Under the pieces are notes generated by a model, which saw only the letters and a list, made by a program, of their open reading frames with translations, did no database searches and was not told the origin of the DNA. The position numbers and the translations under genes were made by a program. Shown here in pieces: positions 29,829-38,928 of a DNA stretch of 64,000 nt (its first letter is position 1; the number at the start of each line of letters is the position of its first letter). The stretch spans positions 833 through 64,832 of IMG/VR virus record IMGVR_UViG_3300028802_000001, one strand, 5' to 3'. This DNA comes from a virus (lineage: Duplodnaviria > Caudoviricetes).

Positions 29829-30041
29829 TCATGGCATCACCACCTTCACCGTGATGATGGGTGCGGCCCCTCCGCCGAAAACTAGCCCACCATTTTGGGC
29901 TTGCCGATAGGCGGCCGAGACAGAACCGTAGTCATCGAGGACGGTCTGGTAGTTCTCGCGAACGAAGTCGAACCACTCATCGAGAGTGTTGAGGACGAGT
30001 TCGTTAATTTCAGTGATGGAAATCTTGTGGGTCTTGGTCAT
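29829..30041 (-). CDS. Hypothetical protein, first gene of leftward operon
   Basis: Follows the divergent promoter region. Confidence 0.5.
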   Translation of the reverse strand: MTKTHKISITEINELVLNTLDEWFDFVRENYQTVLDDYGSVSAAYRQAQNGGLVFGGGAAPIITVKVVMP

Positions 30042-30076
30042 TTTCGTTGCCCCTTGCTCGGTTGCATCGCAGGAGT

Positions 30077-30138
30077 GATATGGCACGCATTGACTGTTCG
30101 TGCAATAGCGAATATACGATTATTCGCGAATTAATTCG
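30077..30138. promoter_or_regulatory. Divergent promoters with palindromic operators
   Basis: Rightward TTGACT (30090)-17-TATACG; leftward TTGCAC-17-CATATC; GCGAATA-n6-TATTCGC (30108-30127) and CGAATTAATTCG (30127-30138). Confidence 0.6.
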
Positions 30139-30149
30139 AAGGAAAGCGA

Positions 30150-30389
30150 ATGCGCTATTTCTGCAACAGTGACATAGTGAAACTAGCCCGCCAGGAAATT
30201 GAGGGGAAAACCCAAGCGCAATGGGCGAAAGAGAATGGCATATCGCCGGCCTACCTGTCTGAGTTTCTGAGCGGGTATGTCACTGCCGGTCCCCTGATTT
30301 TGAAGGCATTGGGCTTCAATCAACGGCCGTTTTATAGGAGGGTAGCCCAGGAAATGGCTCGGGCCACGGTGCGGGCGCGCAGGAAATGA
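30150..30389 (+). CDS. Cro/XRE-like HTH regulator
   Basis: TQAQWAKENGISPAYLSEFLSG...GP.IL.ALG. Confidence 0.8.
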   Translation: MRYFCNSDIVKLARQEIEGKTQAQWAKENGISPAYLSEFLSGYVTAGPLILKALGFNQRPFYRRVAQEMARATVRARRK

Positions 30390-30604
30390 CCTTTGTGGGC
30401 GAGTGCCATGGTGGGCCACTGGATAAGCAGCATCTCGCGCATTGGCAGCGCGCGGTGAAGTTCTACCGCCCTATGATCGGCCTGAGCATGAACATGGAGA
30501 ACGCCCCGGTCGAAGCGGTTGAGATCGGGGAGTACAAGTTCAATTTCGGCCAGTGGCATTGGTGGCCGCGAAAGAGGGACGGAGGGAAAAATGAACAAGT
30601 TTAG
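30386..30604 (+). CDS. Hypothetical protein
   Basis: GGPLD motif; coupled ORF. Confidence 0.5.
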   Translation: MTFVGECHGGPLDKQHLAHWQRAVKFYRPMIGLSMNMENAPVEAVEIGEYKFNFGQWHWWPRKRDGGKNEQV

Positions 30605-31052
30605 CTGGACCGATGAAAACCTAGCCTATGCCACGGAGCAATGGGCCAAGGGCGCGACCTCGACGGTGATCGCCGCTGCCATTGGCACTACCCGCAATTC
30701 GGTGATCGGGAAATTACAGCGCGCAGGCGTCTCGCAGCAGCGGCGCTTTGCCCCATTTCACTATGCAAGGGCCACTCCGGTAGCCGAGGCACCCAAAAAC
30801 GCGCCCACGGTCACCCGTGTTACGCCTAAGACCCCTCGTAGGGCGAGGCGTGGCAAGCCCAAGACCCTGCTGGCGCTCCGGTTTGCCACGGAGCACCGCC
30901 GCGCCGACTGTCGCTGGCCGCTCGGGGACTGGGCGTCTGGCAAGAATCTGCACAACGATCCGCCCACCACCCTGTTCTGCGGTGCGCCTGCGGTGTCTGG
31001 AAAAGCCTATTGTGCTACACACTGCAAACAATCCTTCTCCCGATGGAAATGA
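30591..31052 (+). CDS. gcrA: GcrA cell-cycle regulator homologue
   Basis: WTDE....W.KG....IA..IG.TRNSVIGK..R; CRWPLGD...FCG......YC..H. Confidence 0.88.
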   Translation: MNKFSWTDENLAYATEQWAKGATSTVIAAAIGTTRNSVIGKLQRAGVSQQRRFAPFHYARATPVAEAPKNAPTVTRVTPKTPRRARRGKPKTLLALRFATEHRRADCRWPLGDWASGKNLHNDPPTTLFCGAPAVSGKAYCATHCKQSFSRWK

Positions 31053-31056
31053 TCCA

Positions 31057-31254
31057 ATGAGCGGTATTGTCGTTGACAAGATTGACCTTCTCGCCCTCAA
31101 AAAGTTGGCCACAATCTGCGGTGCGCTGGCAAAATCCCTCCGTGACCCGAGGGCCTCCCGAGAGCAAACGGCGCTGACCAGCGTCCTGGTTGACGTGATC
31201 AACCGCGCCGAGATTGAAAATGCGCGCCGGGCGGAAGCGGACGGCGGCAAATGA
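31057..31254 (+). CDS. Hypothetical protein
   Basis: Operon context. Confidence 0.45.
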   Translation: MSGIVVDKIDLLALKKLATICGALAKSLRDPRASREQTALTSVLVDVINRAEIENARRAEADGGK

Positions 31255-31433
31255 ACGGGGACGACTACGAAGTGGTTATCCCCCTGGACGCCGAAACCGT
31301 GAAGCGGCTGGCTCGCGTCGGCCGTCACCTGGGCGTGCATCCGCGGACGGTTGCCGCTAAGCTATTGAGGGATATCTTGAACGACAACGCAATGGTTGAT
31401 GCTGGCCTGATCGAGGCCAACTATCTGAATTGA
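31251..31433 (+). CDS. Small ribbon-helix-helix-like protein
   Basis: VVIPLDAETVKRL...G......AKLLRD. Confidence 0.4.
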   Translation: MNGDDYEVVIPLDAETVKRLARVGRHLGVHPRTVAAKLLRDILNDNAMVDAGLIEANYLN

Positions 31434-31453
31434 ACCCCACAACGGAGAATCAC

Positions 31454-31843
31454 ATGGCTCGACCGAGGAAAGATAAGACATCCCCCAATCTGACACCTGA
31501 GAAAGACCTCAAGGCCCTGCTGAGGGCTGGCCAGCGGAACGATGTCGAAACTGACGCCTTGAATTCATTGCTGCGGGACAAAATTGCCGACGCCGTCGCC
31601 AACAAGAACCTGCACCGGAAGGCGTTTTCCAATGCCCGCGCACTCGACAAGATGGAAGCCGAGGATCTGAACGCCTTTTTCCTGCATTTTGACCACTACT
31701 GCGAGGTTTTCGGGCTGCGCACGCGGGCCGACTCGGCTCCTGCGCTTGAGATGCCGGAACCAGAACTGGAGTCCGCCGTTGAACGTGACAATGTGTCGCA
31801 GATCGGCCGTGGCCGCCGACGAGAATTGGCCGACGTGGGGTAA
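31454..31843 (+). CDS. GapR/DUF2312-like DNA-binding protein
   Basis: Helical pattern LKAL...I.DA....LHRKAF......KM.......FDHY...GL. Confidence 0.45.
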   Translation: MARPRKDKTSPNLTPEKDLKALLRAGQRNDVETDALNSLLRDKIADAVANKNLHRKAFSNARALDKMEAEDLNAFFLHFDHYCEVFGLRTRADSAPALEMPEPELESAVERDNVSQIGRGRRRELADVG

Positions 31844-31846
31844 GTT

Positions 31847-32365
31847 GTGAGCCTGTTGGACCTCATCGAGCAGAGCGATGCGGCTGCTCCGCTCCTTGTG
31901 GTCACCTTGGCTGAACCACCAATCGGTAAGGCACGACCGCGGGCACGGCTCGTCCGCACCCGCGCCGGTCGCCAATTCATCTCCCTCTACACGGAAGGCC
32001 CTACGAGGGCCCAGGAGGCCCGCCTGCGCGATGCCGCGCTCCGGGCTATGCGAGGCCAGCCGCCCCTGGAGGGGCCACTGGCGGTCACCGTATGGGCTTA
32101 CATGGCCATCCCGCCGAGTTGGTCCGGCAAGAAACAGGATGCCATGGTGGGAGGGTATGCACCCGGTCGTCCCGATCAGGACAATATCCATAAGCTCGTG
32201 CTCGATTCCTTCAACAGTTCCAAGAAAATGGGCCCCGGTGTCTGGCGTGACGATTCGCAGATCGTGGACGGTAGGACGATCAAGCTCTACGCCCTGCGCC
32301 GGCCTGGGCTCATCATCGAGGTGAGGCGTGCTGGCACTCCGCCGACGCCATGGGTTAGAGGGTAA
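31847..32365 (+). CDS. rusA: RusA-family Holliday junction resolvase
   Basis: PIGKARPR, PPSWS.KK, RPDQDNIHK.VLD, WRDDSQIV. Confidence 0.9.
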   Translation: MSLLDLIEQSDAAAPLLVVTLAEPPIGKARPRARLVRTRAGRQFISLYTEGPTRAQEARLRDAALRAMRGQPPLEGPLAVTVWAYMAIPPSWSGKKQDAMVGGYAPGRPDQDNIHKLVLDSFNSSKKMGPGVWRDDSQIVDGRTIKLYALRRPGLIIEVRRAGTPPTPWVRG

Positions 32366-32366
32366 C

Positions 32367-32567
32367 ATGACACGAGACAGACGCGCAGCCACGACCACCA
32401 AACAAGCGAAATTGCGCCGTGATGTGGCCCTGGCCCGGAACGAGTTCCGGTACCCGTCGGCCGCACGCGAACCCCCGGCTGGGGTGACGTCGATGCCTGT
32501 CAAATCCGTGGATGCCGCCACCCGGAGGCTGATTGACGAGGCGCTGGCGAGGATAAATGGCCGATGA
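32367..32567 (+). CDS. Hypothetical protein
   Basis: Coupled ORF. Confidence 0.45.
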   Translation: MTRDRRAATTTKQAKLRRDVALARNEFRYPSAAREPPAGVTSMPVKSVDAATRRLIDEALARINGR

Positions 32568-33181
32568 CGGATATTGAGCATCTGTCTGAGCGACTGGCCT
32601 TTCCGTTGTTGGAAAGACCGGAGGGCCAACCGCTAATAAAGGCGCGACAACTCGTTGTGGACCTTTGCAATGTTGATCATGCTAGGTATTTGATCGCCCT
32701 GTGGCACAGCCGACTGCCAATTACGCAGGAGGGCCCGTGGCAATACGCATTTTCTGCTAGATTTGATGCCGTCACATACGGCGTTGCTCTATGGAATAAT
32801 CCAAGTGCTCGTATGCTCCCAGTTCATTGGTTGGAGCTTCGGCGCATGGCCGTTTCTCCAGACGCTCCTCACTGCACGGCATCAAGGATGCTGGGTGAGA
32901 TGGCGCGATGGTTTAAGGCGCAAACCCCTGACAGAGAGCGATTAATCTCCTATCAAGACAAAAGTGTCCACACAGGCACCATTTATCGTGCCGCTGGTTG
33001 GGTTCCAGTCCACACGTCACAGCCTCGTATCCGAGATAGATCAACGCGCAGACCTTCGGGCCGCATGTACCGCTGGAATAGTAATGGGATTGAGCCGGAC
33101 GCGGCGGCCAAGGTACGATGGGAAAAATCACTGGTCATAACAACCCCTAGTGTCCCCGTCTCTGCCGTGCCCTACCAGTAG
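32564..33181 (+). CDS. Mom-like DNA adenine-modifying GNAT protein
   Basis: LELRRMAV, ASRML, LISYQD...HTGTIYRAAGW. Confidence 0.8.
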   Translation: MTDIEHLSERLAFPLLERPEGQPLIKARQLVVDLCNVDHARYLIALWHSRLPITQEGPWQYAFSARFDAVTYGVALWNNPSARMLPVHWLELRRMAVSPDAPHCTASRMLGEMARWFKAQTPDRERLISYQDKSVHTGTIYRAAGWVPVHTSQPRIRDRSTRRPSGRMYRWNSNGIEPDAAAKVRWEKSLVITTPSVPVSAVPYQ

Positions 33182-33185
33182 ACTA

Positions 33186-33267
33186 TCGCAGCAAGTGCCT
33201 TGGGCCGTTCCCGCTCGCGGCTGTAGCCCTACCTAGGCACTTCGCAAGCCTTCGGGAAGGGCTGCGA
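33186..33267 (+). ncRNA. Candidate small structured RNA element (multi-stem)
   Basis: TCGCAGC/GCTGCGA outer stem, AAGTGCCTTGG/CCTAGGCACTT inner stem, CCTT-cggg-AAGG hairpin. Confidence 0.35.
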
Positions 33268-33296
33268 CCACCGCAAGATGGAGCCGGAAACACCCC

Positions 33297-33605
33297 ATGG
33301 CTAAGAGGAACGAAAATCATAAATGCCCACGATGCGGCTGTTCTGAAATTCGCACTATCGAAAGCCGTCCAATTGGTACAAGTGCGGAGCCGATTATACG
33401 GCGCGGTAAAAAATGCTTGGACTGCCAATACCGATGGTCAACATACGAAATGCGCGCCGAAATTTTTGATGCGCTTCGCAGTGCGCTCAAACCCTTCTCT
33501 TTCATCCATCCGATGAAAGGTCGCGCTAGGGTCTCTGTCTCTTTGGCGAACCCAAACAACCACGACGGATCGCCACTTGCATCAAGAAATAGTGGCCCGA
33601 TCTAA
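33297..33605 (+). CDS. NrdR-like N-terminal zinc-ribbon protein
   Basis: CPRCG.....IESR.....IRR.KKC..C..RWSTYE; no ATP cone. Confidence 0.75.
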   Translation: MAKRNENHKCPRCGCSEIRTIESRPIGTSAEPIIRRGKKCLDCQYRWSTYEMRAEIFDALRSALKPFSFIHPMKGRARVSVSLANPNNHDGSPLASRNSGPI

Positions 33606-33749
33606 GCCCAACACAAAATCTAGGGACTTGCACTTCTGCGTGTGAAGGCGCATAAACGAGGAAGCCCCGCCATGGTGGCGAGGCTCCCGTAGTCATGAGA
33701 TCGATGTCAACGATCTCGGGGCGTGCGGGCCAAGGTGTAACAGGCACCA

Positions 33750-34211
33750 ATGGCTGAAACTCACATAGTCAAAAGCAAGCGAGCGCGCAATAGGTGCTCC
33801 CGGCACCGAAAGCTGCGTGCTATTTTTGCGCACCTGTTTCCCAAGGCATTTGTTCCAGAACATGCTACGAAAAAGCCTCTAAAAATAGGCATCCATCTCG
33901 ATATTAAACAGCGCCTACCGGAGATCAGGGACGATGGATTGGATGAGTTTTTGCGTGCCTATATTCGAAGCATTGGCTATCAGTCACAGCTAGTTGCTGG
34001 ACGGGATCGCTATGACTTGGACGGGGAAAAATGCGGTGTTGTGGAAGAGGGCCATGAGCTTGGAGCTAGAAATCTACTTAGAATTTGGGAATCTCAAAAA
34101 CAACAAAGGCTTGAGCGCGCGTTGGCAGCACGAAACGACGTGCTTCAAACTGTCGGGGCGACTGTAAGCGTCCGCCAACGTGCTGAAGGTTCGTGCGTCT
34201 GTAGCGTCTGA
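33750..34211 (+). CDS. ProQ/FinO-family RNA chaperone
   Basis: FPKAF...KPLKIGIH.DI...Y....Y......G..RYDLDG...G.V...H. Confidence 0.88.
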   Translation: MAETHIVKSKRARNRCSRHRKLRAIFAHLFPKAFVPEHATKKPLKIGIHLDIKQRLPEIRDDGLDEFLRAYIRSIGYQSQLVAGRDRYDLDGEKCGVVEEGHELGARNLLRIWESQKQQRLERALAARNDVLQTVGATVSVRQRAEGSCVCSV

Positions 34212-34213
34212 GT

Positions 34214-34252
34214 AAACGGGCTGCCAGCAACCGCTGGTGGCCCGTTTTGTTT
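34214..34252 (+). terminator. Rho-independent terminator after ProQ/FinO gene
   Basis: AAACGGGCTGCCAGC-aacc-GCTGGTGGCCCGTTT-TGTTT. Confidence 0.7.
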
Positions 34253-34268
34253 GATCGAGGATAGGGCT

Positions 34269-34484
34269 ATGCAAAAAATACACATCACAGAGGCCCGTAG
34301 GATCGCTGAGCGGATCGGCGCGGATCAAGTGATTATAATCGCCTTCAGCGCGGAACGCTTTGCGGTCACGAGCTACGGCACAACCAAGGAACTGTGTGCT
34401 GACGCTGGACGATGGGTAGACCAAATCTGCGCTAATCTGGAAGGCGGCACGATGAAACCGCCAACTGTTTGGCCTAATATGTGA
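34269..34484 (+). CDS. Hypothetical protein
   Basis: I.I.EARRIAE..G.DQVII...TSYG.T..LC motif. Confidence 0.55.
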   Translation: MQKIHITEARRIAERIGADQVIIIAFSAERFAVTSYGTTKELCADAGRWVDQICANLEGGTMKPPTVWPNM

Positions 34485-34494
34485 ATTTTGCGTT

Positions 34495-35030
34495 TGTGCG
34501 GGAGGTCTGGTCGCCCCGGTACTCCCGAAGTTGGCCGCCACTGACGGGGACAATCCTTGCGGTGGCGGCCAGCGCCCTACCCGCGGTAGATGCCCGGCCC
34601 ATGGCCGATTGAGTGTCTAGCGGCTCTTTCTGAGGGTTGGTTGCCCCTAGGCGCAGCCGACGGCTCCCGCCGGTCTTACCCGACGGCCCCGAGGTCTGCT
34701 CGACCAAAAGGGACAAACGGCTTCCAGCGCCAATGCTGGTAGCACCCACGGCGTACTTCGTGGGTCCCCTGCGGGTTTCGGCCCGCGCCTTTCCCGGCCG
34801 GTTACCGTCACACCAGACGGTAGCCGGTCTAACGCCCGATAGTTTTGGGCAGGGTAGCGGCTTGGCCCCACGATACGGGGCGGGGCGATTAAAACGGGAG
34901 CGGAAGCAGAGTTTCCTACGGGGATACACAACCCAGTGTATCCGTACCTACCGTTATTCCACCGCTGGTTCCTCGACAAGGGAGCAAGCAAGAGGAAGCA
35001 GCGGGTAGGGTAGGAATAACGGGTTGGGTT
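34495..35030. ncRNA. Candidate large structured ncRNA or structured origin (about 540 nt)
   Basis: At least 12 hairpins plus long-range pairing in the largest gene-free gap; G-U pairs favour the + strand RNA. Confidence 0.55.
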
Positions 35031-35053
35031 GGACCTATGGGAGAATGTGAATC

Positions 35054-35368
35054 ATGAGCCGCATGAATTATTCCAGACCATTTTTCCGGGTTCAGGGGCG
35101 GGAGACGGTGGATATTCACGAGGAGAGAAAGTTAGAGCGATTAGCGGATGAGTATTTGCGTGAGCATGAGCCTCGTTATTGGCCCAAGCCAAAAAAACCA
35201 AAACCCAAAAAACATAATCGCCACCATCGTCATCCGTTCGATCTTGTGACAGCGGTGGAGGACGACGTTCGCGACATAGCTACGGACAAATTTTTCAACA
35301 CGCCGGAAACCGTGCAGGCCGAGGTTGATCGTCGGTTGGCGTGGCATCGTGAAACTGGGAGATTGTAG
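35054..35368 (+). CDS. Hypothetical basic protein upstream of helicase
   Basis: Abuts the helicase start; Lys/His-rich segment. Confidence 0.55.
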   Translation: MSRMNYSRPFFRVQGRETVDIHEERKLERLADEYLREHEPRYWPKPKKPKPKKHNRHHRHPFDLVTAVEDDVRDIATDKFFNTPETVQAEVDRRLAWHRETGRL

Positions 35369-36850
35369 GTGAGGGAATTAAGGGACTACCAACAAGACGG
35401 TGTCGGATCGCTCAAGCAGACGCTTCGGCAGGGTGTGAAGCGGGTGATGTGCCAACTCCCGACTGGCGCTGGCAAGACGCTGATCAGTGCCACGATAGCG
35501 GCTGGTGCTCTGGCCAAGGGCAACAAGTTAGCCTTCGTTTGCCCACGCATCTCACTAATCGACCAGACCGTGGAAGAATTTGCCAAGGAAGATATCCGCG
35601 AGGTTGGGGTGATCCAAGGCAGCCACCCGCTGGAAGATTGGTCAAAGCCGATTCAAGTGTGCAGCATCGACACGATTCGCAGCCGCAAGGCGTTTCCCGA
35701 AGCATCGGTCGTCATCTTTGATGAGGCGCATCTGTTGTACGAAGCGCACAAGGCGTGGATGGCTGACAGGCCAGGGACGATTTTCATCGGGCTATCGGCT
35801 ACGCCTTGGGCGAAGGGATTGGGAAATTATTTCGACACGCTTTTGGTGATGGCGACGACCAAGGAGTTGATCGAGAAAAAATATCTGTGCCCGTTCCGGG
35901 TCTTTGCGACCGGGCATCCAGATTTGCGGGACGTGAAGATCACCGCGGGGGACTACAACGAGGGACAACTTTCGGATGCGATGCAGCAGGGCACGCTCAT
36001 TGCCGACATCGTGGAGACTTGGAAGAAAAAGTGGGGGAAAGGGAACACGTTCGTCTTCTGCGTAGACTGTGCTCATGCGCAGGCGGTGCAAGAGCGGTTC
36101 GCCGCGGCTGGCATCTTCTGCGCTTACCAGGATGCTAGGACGCCTCCGTTAGAGCGCGCCGAGATCAAGCGCAAATTTCATACCGGCGAATATCAGGTCG
36201 TCGTAAGTGTTGGGACATTGACGCTCGGCGTCGATTGGGACGTGCGCTGCATTTCGTTTTGCCGACCAACACGCAGCGAGATGCTATTTGTCCAGGCAAT
36301 CGGCAGAGGGCTGCGGATGGCACCCGGAAAATCTGAGTGCCTGATTCTGGATCATAGCGACACCACGTCCCGGCTCGGCTTCGTGACGGACATCCACCAC
36401 GATCACTTGAGCGACGGCAAGGAGCAAGTGAAGTCAGAGCGCAAGGAGCCGTTGCCAAAGGAGTGCAAGAAGTGCGGTGTGTTGAAGCCGCCGAGGACGG
36501 CAGTCTGCCCCAACTGTGGGTTCAAGGCCGAGCGCGTGAACGGGATCATGGAGCATGACGGCGAGTTACAGGAGGTAACTGGACTTGTCCCGAAGTATCG
36601 TAAAAAGAGCAAAGAGTGGACGATGCAAGAAAAGTCCGTATTCCTTGCAGAGTTGAAGGCATACGGTATTTCGAAGCAATACAAGCCCGGATGGGCGGCG
36701 CGGAAGTATCTGGAAAAGTTTGGGGTGTGGCCGGATTGGTCCATCAAAGACGTGCGGCCGGCTTCCTACCCGTCGTCGGCCACGATGATGTTCATCAAGT
36801 CGCGGCAGATAGCGTGGGCCAAATCCAAACGGAACGAAGCTCATGCGTGA
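35369..36850 (+). CDS. Superfamily II DEAD/DEAH helicase (RadD/YejH-like) with Zn finger
   Basis: LRDYQ, PTGAGKT, DEAH, LSATP, QAIGRGLR, CxxC..CxxC. Confidence 0.93.
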   Translation: MRELRDYQQDGVGSLKQTLRQGVKRVMCQLPTGAGKTLISATIAAGALAKGNKLAFVCPRISLIDQTVEEFAKEDIREVGVIQGSHPLEDWSKPIQVCSIDTIRSRKAFPEASVVIFDEAHLLYEAHKAWMADRPGTIFIGLSATPWAKGLGNYFDTLLVMATTKELIEKKYLCPFRVFATGHPDLRDVKITAGDYNEGQLSDAMQQGTLIADIVETWKKKWGKGNTFVFCVDCAHAQAVQERFAAAGIFCAYQDARTPPLERAEIKRKFHTGEYQVVVSVGTLTLGVDWDVRCISFCRPTRSEMLFVQAIGRGLRMAPGKSECLILDHSDTTSRLGFVTDIHHDHLSDGKEQVKSERKEPLPKECKKCGVLKPPRTAVCPNCGFKAERVNGIMEHDGELQEVTGLVPKYRKKSKEWTMQEKSVFLAELKAYGISKQYKPGWAARKYLEKFGVWPDWSIKDVRPASYPSSATMMFIKSRQIAWAKSKRNEAHA

Positions 36851-37031
36851 GACGCTGGCAGTGATTGATGCCCCTCACTTCTACGCAGGCATTGTCCTGC
36901 AAGATAACCGCGTGAGTGAAGCGGCCCCCATCGTGAAATACATGAGGAAATGGTCGCGCGACAAGGTGCGAGACTACTGCAAGGGCAAGGGCTGGAAGAT
37001 ATCGGTGGTTTGGGAGATGGAACGTGCGTGA
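36843..37031 (+). CDS. Hypothetical protein
   Basis: APHF.AG......AAPI.KYM..W motif. Confidence 0.55.
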   Translation: MRETLAVIDAPHFYAGIVLQDNRVSEAAPIVKYMRKWSRDKVRDYCKGKGWKISVVWEMERA

Positions 37032-37344
37032 GCAAGACTTCGAACTTGCAAGGGCCCTGCGCGCCCGCATCCAGGAACTGGAGAAGGTTCTGTTTACGAT
37101 ATTGGTCCACGGCCCATCGGCAGCTTTCGATCACCTCCTATACATCAGAAAGTGCTACAAGAGCGACACGGATGCCTTTCTCGAAATCAAGCAGACGTTG
37201 ATCGAGGCCGGCATGGACCACAGTGCCGTCATGGAAATGGTTCTCGGCCGTCACCCGCTCGGCTGCGCCTGTTGGCGGTGTGTTCTGATGCTGCACACAC
37301 AGGCGCTACGGCACCACGTAAGGCTCAATCAGGGAGAGGGTTGA
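37024..37344 (+). CDS. Hypothetical protein
   Basis: Coupled ORF; H..GC.C..C. Confidence 0.45.
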   Translation: MREQDFELARALRARIQELEKVLFTILVHGPSAAFDHLLYIRKCYKSDTDAFLEIKQTLIEAGMDHSAVMEMVLGRHPLGCACWRCVLMLHTQALRHHVRLNQGEG

Positions 37345-37553
37345 TGGACGAAATCCTGCAAGCCAAATCGATATCATGCGAACTGTGCGAACACAGTTCA
37401 GGGGTGGATGTCTGCCTGCACGATGTGGACGGGGAGATTTTCGCTATGGCGCATGTCCCGGCGTCGAGCGGCAAGGAATTCCTCGCGCAGTTCCGAGCTT
37501 GCCTGAAAGCGACAGGGACGGTGGCGACTGCGCCCTCGCCGTGGGTGCAGTGA
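37344..37553 (+). CDS. Hypothetical protein
   Basis: TGATG coupling on both sides. Confidence 0.45.
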   Translation: MDEILQAKSISCELCEHSSGVDVCLHDVDGEIFAMAHVPASSGKEFLAQFRACLKATGTVATAPSPWVQ

Positions 37554-38338
37554 TGCTCACAGTCATTTCCTTGGGCGCGGGCGTCCAGAGCACCACCATG
37601 GCGCTGATGGCCGCGCACGGCGAGATCACGCCAATGCCGGACTGCGCGATCTTCGCCGATACGCAGGACGAGCCTTCAGAGGTTTACGACCATTTGGCGT
37701 GGTTGACTTCAGGTAACGTCCTCCCGTTCCCCGTACACGTCGCAACGCATGGGCGCCTGAGCCTCGCGCTGATGGCCGGCGACAATGAGGCTCGCATTCC
37801 CGCCTTCATTGGTGGGGGAGGACTGAAACAGCGCCAATGCACCCGGAATTTCAAAATCAGGGTCATCAAGCGCCGGACACGTGAATTACTGGGAATAGGG
37901 CCGCGATCATACATTGCGCCGGCGACGGTCGAGGCATGGATCGGCATTTCGACCGACGAGGCGATCCGCAAGAAGCCAAGCAATGTAGCTTACATCCGCA
38001 ATCGTCACCCACTGATCGAGAAGTTTATGAGCCGCAACGATTGCAAGGCGTGGCTCAAGGCGAACGATTACCCGGTGCCGCCGAAATCTGCCTGTAAGTA
38101 TTGTCCATACCAGGGCAATGTTGGTTGGCGGAATCGTGCTGAGAATCCAGCCGATTGGGCAGAGGTGGTGGCGCTGGACAACTGGCTCCGCCTCCCGCCG
38201 CAAGTCATACGCTTCCATGGCGAACTCTATTTGCACCACTCGCGGAAGCCGTTGGAGCAGGCTGACATAACTGAGGCTGAACTGCCACTTTTTGGCGGCG
38301 ACTTCGCCCACGAATGCGAGGGCATGTGCGGTGTCTAA
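37553..38338 (+). CDS. PAPS-reductase-like (PP-loop) protein, probable DNA-modification enzyme
   Basis: ISLGAGVQST, FADT..EP, CT..FKI, WIGIS.DE, PPKSAC.YCPY, ECEGMCGV. Confidence 0.8.
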   Translation: MLTVISLGAGVQSTTMALMAAHGEITPMPDCAIFADTQDEPSEVYDHLAWLTSGNVLPFPVHVATHGRLSLALMAGDNEARIPAFIGGGGLKQRQCTRNFKIRVIKRRTRELLGIGPRSYIAPATVEAWIGISTDEAIRKKPSNVAYIRNRHPLIEKFMSRNDCKAWLKANDYPVPPKSACKYCPYQGNVGWRNRAENPADWAEVVALDNWLRLPPQVIRFHGELYLHHSRKPLEQADITEAELPLFGGDFAHECEGMCGV

Positions 38339-38585
38339 TCTCACCCCTGACCACATCGCCCGCAGCGACAACCTGCGCCTAGTATCCGATGACAAGCGAG
38401 AGGCGGCGTGGGGTGCGCTGATGTTTGCCGCCCTGATGGATGGAGGACTGCGTAACTTGGCTCCGGAGTTCCCCACCGTGACAGCGACTTGCAAGCAGTG
38501 CGGCACGCCGTTCCTCTATCGCAAGACCTTTGGAAATCCTCGATTGCGCTGCGATGCCTGCGTAAAACTTAACAGTGGAGTATAA
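38331..38585 (+). CDS. Zn-finger hypothetical protein
   Basis: C..CG.PF........C..C. Confidence 0.45.
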   Translation: MSNLTPDHIARSDNLRLVSDDKREAAWGALMFAALMDGGLRNLAPEFPTVTATCKQCGTPFLYRKTFGNPRLRCDACVKLNSGV

Positions 38586-38928
38586 GCCCATGCCCTGCAC
38601 GAGTTGGTATTCAGACGCCGAATTGGAACTGATTGAGAGTTTGAGTAGCCAGGATGTTGATGTTCAGGAAATCCGGCGCAGACTGATATTTGCTGGATTT
38701 GCGGCCCGCAGTGTTGACGGGTTGGCGCGGAGGTTGCGGCGTTCCAAGGGTGGGCGGCCTGTGCGAACGGGGCGCTATGATCCGAAGGATGGGAATCCCG
38801 TCGCATCGGACGACAGGGAAGAGTTGAAGCGGCTCAAACAGTCGGATGAAAAATTCTGCGAGGCGCTTCGGCGTGAGCATCCGCTTTGCTATAGGGACGC
38901 ACAACAGACAACGGAGCACAGCAAATGA
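38575..38928 (+). CDS. Hypothetical protein (Myb/HTH-like N-terminus)
   Basis: W.SDAELEL...EI..RL......RS. Confidence 0.4.
   Translation: MEYKPMPCTSWYSDAELELIESLSSQDVDVQEIRRRLIFAGFAARSVDGLARRLRRSKGGRPVRTGRYDPKDGNPVASDDREELKRLKQSDEKFCEALRREHPLCYRDAQQTTEHSK

Noticed and set aside
31565-32629. Long antisense ORFs (also 9344-10150, 11163-11891, 62149-62902)
   Set aside because: They shadow well-supported + strand genes in GC-rich DNA and have no recognisable motifs.
34474-35008. ORFs on both strands across the structured region
   Set aside because: Arg/Pro/Gly-rich, no RBS or motif; better explained by non-coding structure.
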